A DNA stretch of 6,980 nucleotides from Octopus sinensis (Eukaryota). The notes below the pieces were generated by a model, which worked only from the letters and a program-made list of their open reading frames with translations, was not told the origin of the DNA and made no database searches. The position numbers and the translations under genes are program-made. Location of the stretch: positions 1-6,980 of the forward strand of contig NW_021829178.1 in the NCBI RefSeq assembly GCF_006345805.1, read 5' to 3'. Below, piece by piece: positions 1 to 6,661 of the stretch. Every line of letters begins with the position of its first letter. Within the stretch, counting starts at the first letter, position 1.

Positions 1-468
1 ACAGAATCGAGAAAGAAATTTACAGGGAAAACGATAATACAGCAAAACAGATGTGCATATGTGGGATTTGTTGAGCAGTTCTTAACCAGAAACCGTCACA
101 ATTTCGACACTTATAATAATATGGTTCATCGCAACGGCATGCGCTTTAGTGTGGCGCCATCAGTGGCGAGTACGAAAGAAGAGTGGAATAAGATAGGGAA
201 GAAGAAAAGAAAATGGAAAGTTTAAAGTTAGCCATTTTGAAAAATTACACAATGAGACGAGCATAGCATATAAGACACGTTTCAATTGAAACGATAATTT
301 TAATACAAATTATGCAAAGGGTTTAAAGGAAACGAAGGAGGGGGTTCAATGATAGAGAGAGAGAGAGTCTTCTGAGATAAGAATAAATTCAAAACGGAAA
401 AAGTACAAAAGACAAAACAAACAATGTCATTCGGATTAGACGCAAGTAGAGGATATATTTATGATGTA

Positions 469-896
469 TTACTCTTTACTCTTTTACTCTTTTACTTGTT
501 TCAGTCATTTGACTGCGGCCATGCTGGAGCACCGCCTTTAGTCGAGCAAATCGACCTTCCAGGACTTATTCTTTGTAAGCCCATTACTTATTCTATCGGT
601 CGCTTTTGCCGAACCGCTAAGTGACGGGGACGTAAACACACCAGCATCGGTTGTCAAGCAATGCTAGGGGGACAAACACAGACACACAAACATTACACAC
701 ACATATATATATATATATATATACATATATACGACAAACGACAGGCTCTTTCAGTTTCTGTCTACCAAATCCACTCGCAAGGCATTGGTCGGCCCGGGGC
801 TATAGCAAGACACTTGCCCAAGATGCCCACGCAGTGGGACTGAACCCGGAACCATGTGGTTGTTAGCAAGCTACTTACCACACAGCCACTCCTGCG
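469..896 (-). mobile_element. tRNA-derived SINE, near full length (CORE-like centre, resembles octopus OR-type SINEs)
   Basis: On the minus strand: A-box TGGCTGTGTGG (888-878), B-box GGTTCAGTCCC (846-836) and MIR/CORE-like TTGGGCAAGTGTCTT (821-807). There is an internal CA/TA simple repeat, then a 3' stem-loop CAGTC-AAAT-GACTG + AAAC and a short tandem tail (AGTAAAAG)n at 469-498. The family name is from recollection. Confidence 0.9.
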
Positions 897-948
897 TATG
901 TATGTATGTATGTATGTATGTATGTATGTATGTATGTATGTATGTATG
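897..948. repeat. (TATG)13 microsatellite
   Basis: Perfect tetranucleotide run abutting the SINE 5' end. Confidence 0.97.
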
Positions 949-1039
949 TGTGTCTCTTCCATTTTTTAATTATTAGAAATCTTCTACTGCGGACGGAGCC
1001 GGTTTCCAACAAAGGGATTTAGTTAACAGACAAATTCAC

Positions 1040-1156
1040 ACTTGGTTCTTCTTTGATTGGTATCCTTTGCTGAACCCCTATGCTACAGTGCTATCAAGCG
1101 TTCGGAGGAGAAAAACACACACAAAGACACACGTACAGCCACCCATACACAAACAC

Positions 1157-1192
<36 letters not shown>

Positions 1193-1285
1193 ATATATAT
1201 ATACATGATGGGCTTCCACACAGTTTCCGTTTACCAAATTCACTCACAAGGCATTAGTCAACCCTGGACAATACTAGAAGACACT
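1040..1285 (-). mobile_element. Degenerate copy of the 469-896 SINE lacking the tRNA head
   Basis: 1205-1285 (gatgggcttccacacagtttccgtttaccaaattcactcacaaggcattagtc...gaagacact) aligns with ~735-814 of the first SINE. It has the same internal CA/TA repeat ((CA)15 at 1161-1190) and similarity stops before the B-box. The left boundary is approximate. Confidence 0.8.
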
Positions 1286-1416
1286 AGCTTATAGTGCCGC
1301 GCGGTTACCAAACGTGCCAAATCACACAGTCATTCCTGCGACGTCAATTCATTTTTTACCCCAGACATTAAAGGAGGACATAGAAACAACATTTAGAGGA
1401 AGAGTTATGAATAATT

Positions 1417-2034
1417 TCATTTAAATTTCACTTTATTTATATAATAGCGACACCAGATTAAAAATTTTTTTTTTTTACTTGTAAATAGATTTATTAAAGC
1501 CCTTTTGTCTTCTTGCCCGCTTTCTGACGTCAAATTGTGAACCCTTTTGATTTTTCCCCCACTTTCTGACGTCAAATTGTGAACCCTGATTTTTTGCCCA
1601 CTTTCTGACGTCAAATTGTGAACCCTTTTGATTTTTTCCCCACTTTCTGACGTCAAATTGTGAACCCTTCTGATTTTTTGCCCGCTTTCTGACGTCAAAT
1701 TGTGAACCCTTTTGATTTTTTGCCCACTTTCTGACGTCAAATTGTGAACCCTTCTGATTTTTTGCCCGTTTTCTGACGTCAAATTGTGAGCCCTTTTGAT
1801 TTTTCCCCCACTTTCTGACGTCAAATTGTGAACCCTTTTGATTTTTTCCCCACTTTCTGACGTCAAATTGTGAGCCCTTCTGATTTTTTGCCCGTTTTCT
1901 GACGTCAAATTGTGAGCTCTTCTGATTTTTTTCCCACTTTCTGACGTCAAATTGTGAACCCTTCTGATTTTTTTCCCACTTTCTGACGTCAAATTGTGAA
2001 CCCTTCTGATTTTTTGCCCGCTTTCTGACGTCAA
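1417..2034 (-). CDS. Possible repeat-coding ORF/exon (RVHNLTSESGQKIK)n; probably non-coding
   Basis: Open frame through the array, with the only indel being 3 bp. An acceptor-like TGTATTTTTTAG lies at 2055-2044 and a donor-like CAA|GTAAAA at 1478. There is no ATG (TTG start), a second minus frame is also open through the units, and variants are mostly non-synonymous. Confidence 0.15.
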   Translation of the reverse strand: MTSESGQKIRRVHNLTSESGKKIRRVHNLTSESGKKIRRAHNLTSENGQKIRRAHNLTSESGEKIKRVHNLTSESGGKIKRAHNLTSENGQKIRRVHNLTSESGQKIKRVHNLTSESGQKIRRVHNLTSESGEKIKRVHNLTSESGQKIRVHNLTSESGGKIKRVHNLTSESGQEDKRALINLFTSKKKKFLIWCRYYINKVKFK

Positions 2035-2037
2035 ATT
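1497..2037. repeat. 42-bp minisatellite, 13 copies, invariant core TTCTGACGTCAAATT
   Basis: TGACGTCA starts at 1525, 1567, 1606, 1648, 1690, 1732, 1774, 1816, 1858, 1900, 1942, 1984 and 2026, giving eleven 42-bp intervals and one 39-bp interval. A degenerate partial unit lies at ~1497-1524. Confidence 0.98.
1525..2033. promoter_or_regulatory. Cluster of 13 consensus full-site CRE (CREB/ATF) motifs; function unproven
   Basis: TGACGTCA is the established palindromic cAMP response element and is present intact in every unit. The motif match is certain; a regulatory role is only inferred. Confidence 0.4.
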
Positions 2038-2297
2038 ATCTCTCTAAAAAATACAATCTCACATTGATTTGTTTTTACTCAGATTCTTGTACTCAGAATG
2101 GTCCTCGTGGAGTTGAAGAATAATCAAAGCAGTTCCAGCTGCGACTATTTCATTTATTAACTACATTTTGTGTATTGAGTCCCTCCTTTCTTGTCAAGTT
2201 GCGATGCGAAATTGACGCAGCTACTTGAAGCAGACTGAGTTTTCAAGTGGAATCATCTTCTACGTGATCACTCGATATGAAATTCTTGTTATTATTT

Positions 2298-2503
2298 CTG
2301 GAAGAATCGTTACTGCGTAGGGCAAAATGCCTAGCAGCATTTCTTCTGGCTGATTACGTTCTGGGTTCAATTGCCTTCATGGTCACCTTGGCCTTTCATT
2401 CTTTCCAGTTTTTATAAAATAATACCATTTGAACACTGGGATCAATGTAATCGACCTAGTTTCCTACCAAAAAAATTGCCGGCCTTGTGCCAAAATTAGA
2501 ATT
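2298..2503 (+). mobile_element. Decayed tRNA-derived SINE, second family
   Basis: Reads ctggaagaatcgtta...ggcaaaatgcctagcagcattt...ttacgttctgggttcaatt (B-box-like, 2364-2375)...gcctttcattcttt...ataaaataatacc...cactgggatcaatgtaatcgac...ggccttgtgccaaaattagaa. It aligns with two neighbouring copies. Confidence 0.8.
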
Positions 2504-2523
2504 CTTACCTTTGTAGAGTAATC

Positions 2524-2564
2524 GGCGGGTAGAATCATGAAAGTGTTGAGTAACGTGTCTTGGG

Positions 2565-2612
<48 letters not shown>

Positions 2613-2686
2613 CTGATCTTTACGTTGTCAGCTCAAATCAAGCTGAGGTTAACTTCATATTTCATCCTTCCCATGAAAGATAAAAT
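2524..2686 (+). mobile_element. Decayed copy of the second SINE family, interrupted by (TA)n
   Basis: Reads gtagaatc...[(TA)n 2565-2610]...tctttacgttgtcagctcaaatcaagctgaggttaacttcatatttcatccttccc...gataaaat, collinear with 2298-2420. Confidence 0.65.
2565..2610. repeat. (TA)n microsatellite
   Basis: About 23 dinucleotide units with one interruption. Confidence 0.95.
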
Positions 2687-2777
2687 TGACCTTTCAGTCC
2701 CTAAATTTTTGGTTTTGTGCTTTTGTCACAGATTTCTACAGCCAGGAAAAATTATTTAAGCCTTTGACAACAATCCA

Positions 2778-2886
2778 TGCGGTTTATGCTCCGTCTCTTT
2801 ACGTTCTCAGTTCAAATTGGGCCGAGAGTGACCTTGCAGGATCAATAACATCAAGTAACAAACAAGAAGTGGGATCGATATAACTT
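2778..2886 (+). mobile_element. Partial decayed copy of the second SINE family
   Basis: Reads ccgtctctttacgttctcagttcaaattgggccgagagtgaccttgc...gatcaataacatcaagtaaca...gtgggatcgatataac, collinear with the two upstream copies and with an internal deletion. Confidence 0.65.
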
Positions 2887-3202
2887 TCCATTCTCCCTAT
2901 ATTTCTGGCCTTGAGCCTATTTTAGAACAAATATCTCCATTGTTAGGGAGCTGTGCTTCAATTGTCCTAAAGCAACTGCCTTCATAACCGACCAAAGGAA
3001 TACCAATCGGTATTTAGCCCTTTTAGTCACAGCTCTTCGCAATATGTTTACCATAGGGATAAACATTCTCAGATATCAATAAGCATTTGGTCTTAATATT
3101 GAGGCCTAAAAATATGTCATTTTTAATGAAATGCTGCAAATAATTTTCTACGACTAAATGAGAATATTTCTGTTCAATTGATTTATAGTTCTTTTTTTTT
3201 TT

Positions 3203-3697
3203 ATCTTAGATACTTAGATAGGTTTCGGCCACATTGGCCCGGCCATAGCTAATTTTATAGCACCAGGAAAAGACATTTAGTAATGAATTTTTGTATAGTT
3301 ATTTTAGGCACCTTTGCCCATTCCATCAAAGAGATGTTGTTTGCAGTAGTATATCCGGGTGTTGGTGGTTTATCTGGAATTTGTTGGAGATATTCATCTA
3401 GCAACTTTTTGAAGGTTATGAAATCTTTTTCTTCCCTTATATATTTTGGGATGATGTTAAAAAGAACAGGTCCAGTTGAGGAGAAGTAGTTCTGTCTTAA
3501 TGTTGTGATGTACTGAGAGAACGATTTCTGTAGAGGACGGACGCATGGCACGGGGACCAAGCTTTGGGTGGATTTTAAAAGTGATACTGATATCATTTGG
3601 ACAATACTATCGGAACAATTTCCACATCACACAAATAATATAGCGCTCTCGGCGGCACTAGAGAGAATACAGTTAGATATTCGCAAGTCAATCTCAG
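3203..3697 (-). mobile_element. 5'-truncated CR1/L2-group LINE: ORF2 C-terminus, 3' UTR and tandem tail (pseudogenised)
   Basis: Minus-strand translation *D*LANI*LYSL*CRRERYIICVMWKLFR*YCPNDISITFKIHPKLGPRAMRP, then a frameshift near 3540, then PLQKS...TGPVLFNIIPKYIREEKDFITFKKLLDEYLQQIPDKPPTPGY...MEWAKVPK. The LYSL-RRRER and FK--LD-YL motifs are typical of CR1-type post-RT regions. Stops at 3694, 3688, 3673, 3658 and 3607. The 3' end is hairpin-GAAAC followed by (ATCTAAGT)-type repeats at 3203-3220. Confidence 0.9.
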
Positions 3698-3753
3698 ACA
3701 TTATTTACATTATTTACAATTGACGGATATTTGTCCTCATCTTATTTGTTGTT

Positions 3754-3799
3754 AACACAACGTTTCGGCTGATATACCCTCCAGTCTTCATCTGGTGTC
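3754..3799 (-). ncRNA. Minimal type I hammerhead ribozyme motif (mutated copy)
   Basis: Minus strand reads GACAC-CAGAUGA-A-GACUG-gaggguauau-CAGCC-GAA-ACGU-U-GUGUU. Stem I is GACAC/GUGUU, stem II is GACUG/CAGCC with one mismatch, stem III is reduced to the palindrome ACGU, and the cleavage triplet is GUU. The core CUGAUGA has U4->A at 3793. Confidence 0.75.
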
Positions 3800-3831
3800 T
3801 TGGGGAAATTTCGAACCTGGCTTCTCATTCC

Positions 3832-3839
3832 TGTTGTTG

Positions 3840-3888
<49 letters not shown>
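3832..3888. repeat. (TGT)n-(TTA)n compound microsatellite
   Basis: About 4 TGT units then about 15 TTA units; this explains the poly-L and poly-I ORFs. Confidence 0.95.
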
Positions 3889-4057
3889 GTTTTTCCTTCT
3901 TTCTTCAAATTTTCTTCCGTTTCTCGCCGAGTGTTTTCCATACACCTAGGGCATTCCCAGATTACACGCGCAAATTCACAGATAAAATATGCATTTAAAA
4001 ATTAATAAATAAATAAATTCATGGATGGATGTTGTTTTCACAGCGATAATGCTCTTC

Positions 4058-4110
<53 letters not shown>
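4058..4110. repeat. (TAT)n microsatellite
   Basis: About 17 units; this explains the poly-Y ORF. Confidence 0.95.
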
Positions 4111-4111
<1 letters not shown>

Positions 4112-4172
4112 TCAGATCACTGCTTGGAATCGAACTCGGAATCTTGGGGTTCACTACGCCATATGCCCGTGG
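4111..4172 (-). promoter_or_regulatory. tRNA-like Pol III internal promoter segment (internally deleted)
   Basis: A-box TGGCGTAGTG (4161-4152) and B-box GAGTTCGATTCC (4137-4126) are only 14 nt apart, whereas tRNAs have about 30 or more. It is followed directly by (TAA)n. It is not a complete tRNA. Confidence 0.65.
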
Positions 4173-4190
4173 GCAATTATGGAGGGAATT

Positions 4191-4400
4191 TTAGGGCTTA
4201 TAAATTCTCCCATCCTTCCTTAATACTGGTTTCCATATGCTGCTCATATCTGCACTCGGTCTGCTTAGGAGGTTGTTGTGTCCTAGTATATGTGCTGCTT
4301 CTTTTAGTTTTCGTATTTTCCAGTGGCGTTCTCTTTCTATTATTTTAACTTCATCCCACAGGGGAAGGTGGTCTCCATTTTTCCATATATGATCAGTTAT
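4191..4400 (-). pseudogene. C-terminal fragment of PLE GIY-YIG endonuclease
   Basis: ITDHIWKNGDHLPLWDEVKIIERERHWKIRKLKEAAHILGHNNLLSR...WKPVL* matches the PLE pattern (A/T)-H...H...W-V-II--E--W--R-L-EA--I----N-L. The 'start' in the ORF track comes from an upstream simple repeat. Confidence 0.85.
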
Positions 4401-4434
4401 ATATATGCACGCATGCACGCATGCGTGCATGTTT

Positions 4435-4655
4435 GTAATAAAGTTCCTTCCCGAGTCCTATAAACTTATTAAGCTGGTTTCCCGGATGGATTCTGTGGCA
4501 TATATAATCCAAATCCGGACGGGAAGCCGGTCCTTGGCAGAGCTACTTATTTTTGCCAGCTGAGTGGACTGTCTTGCTTAAGAACACAACGCATCGTCCG
4601 GTTCAGGAATCGAAAGCACAATCTTACGATCGTAAGTTCAGCACCTGAACCACTG
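4435..4655 (-). mobile_element. tRNA-derived SINE, third family (decayed)
   Basis: Minus strand: partial A-box CAGTGGTT (4655-4648), anticodon-arm-like palindrome CTTACGATCGTAAG (4623-4636) and B-box-like TTTCGATTCC (4615-4606). These are followed by CORE-like gcgttgtgttcttaagcaagaca, a V/Meta-SINE-like ggaccggcttcccgtcc block, and the tail gactcgggaaggaacttta. The superfamily label is tentative. Confidence 0.75.
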
Positions 4656-4746
4656 TATGTGTGTGTGTGCACACGCGTTTTTCAAGATACTGATATATAT
4701 GTATGTATGTTTGTATGTATGTATGTAAGAATGTATGTATACATAT

Positions 4747-4881
<135 letters not shown>

Positions 4882-4954
4882 TGTGTGAATGTATGTATAA
4901 AAAGCTTGTAATGAACTTTATGAAAACCTGAATGAAAGATATTCTCCGTCGCAG

Positions 4955-5033
4955 AATTGGTAAACCGAGCTGCAATGATAAATGCTGTAGTTGAAGAACT
5001 GTTTGATTCCAAAGAGATGCTTTACACTGATTG
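4955..5033 (+). CDS. Putative internal coding exon of an unknown host gene, (E)LVNRAAMINAVVEELFDSKEMLYTD(W)
   Basis: Acceptor TATTCTCCGTCGCAG ends at 4954 with branch-like CTGAA at 4928. One open frame has protein-like composition. The donor TG|GTCGGT at 5034 is weak, and the peptide is not recognised. Confidence 0.3.
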
Positions 5034-5273
5034 GTCGGTCCTGATTGCATGCGCTGATTATTCCAAGATTTGGGGCTCTTAGTGAAAATTGTTTGCTGAC
5101 CATTAGATAAGTATCTGCGTCCTAGAAATGATGGAAATAAACGAATGGTAGGTAGGGTGTTGTTGACCAATATAATATTGGGATGTGCCCGAGTTGGGAG
5201 CAGACGAGATTGGAAAGAAGTAAAAGAAGGAATCGCCTCGAAGACGAAGGAGAGAGGGAAAGTAAGATGAATA

Positions 5274-5451
5274 GTGTGTGTGTGTGTGTGCGTGTGTGTG
5301 TGTGTGTTTATATATACACATAAACATACATCATACGTATATATACATGCACGCATATATATATATATATATATATACATGTATAGAGATAAGTATATGT
5401 GTGTGTATGTATATGTGTGTACTTATAAGCATATATATGCACACACACACA

Positions 5452-5512
<61 letters not shown>

Positions 5513-5578
5513 CGTGCATACACTTCTCTGTATATAAATATGAGTATCTGTATATATATGTGTGTGTTTGTGTGTGTG

Positions 5579-5633
<55 letters not shown>

Positions 5634-5790
5634 TACATACATACATACATACATACATACATACACACTTATTTCCAAAAGTACTCATGTACATAGATGC
5701 ACATACGTAGAAATATATACACATATACACATATGTACGTATGTACGTTGAAGCATATACACGCACACGGGCGGTCATACACGTATATGT
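5274..5790. repeat. Compound microsatellite block (GT/CA/TA/TACA)
   Basis: Successive (GT)n, (TA)n, (CA)n and (ACAT)n tracts with short degenerate linkers. Confidence 0.93.
5639..5727 (+). repeat. 89-bp exact direct repeat, copy 1
   Basis: Identical to 6545-6633 (offset 906), including the non-simple core cacttatttccaaaagtactcatgtacatagatgcacatacgtagaaa. Confidence 0.95.
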
Positions 5791-6019
5791 ATAATGAGAT
5801 AAAGAGGATTTCCGAAAGAGAGAGAGAGAGAGGGGGGAAGAGAGAAGGAGAAGGGGACGGAGAGAAGGTGTCTGTTGGAATGGTTGATATGTGAGACAGA
5901 TGTCGAGACCATGTCCAGATAAGTAGTGACCTGGAAGAAGGAAACGGTTTGAAGAAGATACATGACTGCTGCCGGAGACAAGTGGACAACTTTCCATTCC
6001 AACAGCTTTCTCACATTTA

Positions 6020-6092
6020 CGCGTGCGCGTGCACACACACACACACATATGCACGCACACACACACACACATACACACACATATATATATAC
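6020..6092. repeat. Alternating purine-pyrimidine (CG/CA/TA)n tract
   Basis: acgcgtgcgcgtgcacacac...atatatat. Confidence 0.9.
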
Positions 6093-6254
6093 GCACTCTA
6101 ACCTCTTCTCTTCCCCCCCCCACACTTTTCTCTTTCTCTCACTCTCTCGTGGGAACGAGATTAGAAGCTAAAGTTTTGTTCACAAGTCATTTCCTCTTGT
6201 AGATAGAAAACAGGCGGTGGTGGGGAGAGGGTGGGGTGGGGGAATAGGACAGAA

Positions 6255-6345
6255 AGAGATAAACAGAAAGAATGATAGATCGAGAGAGGAAGAGAGAGAA
6301 AGAAAGAGAGAGAGAGAGAGAGAGGAAGAGAGAGGGGCAGAGAAA
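6255..6345. repeat. Purine-rich (AG)n/GA-rich tract
   Basis: agagagaggaagagagagaaagaaagagagagag...; similar tracts occur at 353-367, 5815-5865 and 6646-6661. Confidence 0.9.
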
Positions 6346-6469
6346 GAGTGTGAGTGCATGAAACTAAGAGAGAAACCGGGCAAGATGCACACGCACCCAT
6401 ATGAATGGATGTATGCATGTGTATATGTGTCCGTGTGCATTTTGACAGATAGATAAAGAAGAATTTGAT

Positions 6470-6488
6470 TATATATATAAATATACAT

Positions 6489-6549
<61 letters not shown>

Positions 6550-6661
6550 CATACATACATACATACATACACACTTATTTCCAAAAGTACTCATGTACAT
6601 AGATGCACATACGTAGAAATATATACACATATATATATATATATGAGGAGAGAGAGAGAGA
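6470..6661. repeat. Compound microsatellite block (CA/TA/TACA/AG)
   Basis: (CA)n, (TA)n, (ACAT)n, (TA)n and (AG)n tracts surrounding direct-repeat copy 2. Confidence 0.92.
6545..6633 (+). repeat. 89-bp exact direct repeat, copy 2
   Basis: Identical to 5639-5727 by base-by-base comparison. Confidence 0.95.

Larger units (their letters stand above)
3698..4400 (-). mobile_element. Penelope-like element (PLE), 3' portion, 5'-truncated
   Basis: Contains the GIY-YIG C-terminal coding segment (4400-4191), a 3' non-coding region with two (TAA)n tracts, a hammerhead motif (3799-3754) and a terminal tandem (GTAAATAAT)2 at ~3700-3717. PLEs are known to have C-terminal GIY-YIG domains and minimal hammerheads in their terminal repeats. 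Confidence 0.88.

Noticed and set aside
152-169. TGGCGCCATCAGTGGCGA, resembling a CTCF motif (GCGCCATCTAGTGG)
   Set aside because: It is one base short in the core and is a single degenerate match with no other support.
460-468. TATGATGTA left of the SINE as a possible TSD matching the (TATG)n on the right
   Set aside because: The match is imperfect and low in complexity, so it cannot be distinguished from chance.
424-1294. Several 60-75 aa ORFs
   Set aside because: They lie in SINE and microsatellite sequence and show no protein-like features.
1497-2037. CRISPR-like appearance (invariant repeat plus variable intervening sequence)
   Set aside because: The intervening segments are near-identical variants of each other rather than unique spacers. 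There are no cas genes and the context is eukaryotic.
2890-3190. Unassigned sequence between the SINE cluster and the LINE tail
   Set aside because: It has no sustained ORF, repeat or structure that I can support.
4111-4172. Possible tRNA gene
   Set aside because: The anticodon arm is largely missing and there is no acceptor stem pairing, so it is retained only as a tRNA-like promoter segment.
4413-4430. 18-bp perfect palindrome ATGCACGCATGCGTGCAT near the PLE truncation point
   Set aside because: It is explained by degenerate (GCAT/GCAC)n simple-repeat sequence.
5866-6019. Complex stretch open in several frames (e.g. CRDHVQISSDLEEGNGLKKIHDCCRRQ)
   Set aside because: There is no recognisable domain and no convincing splice-site pair.
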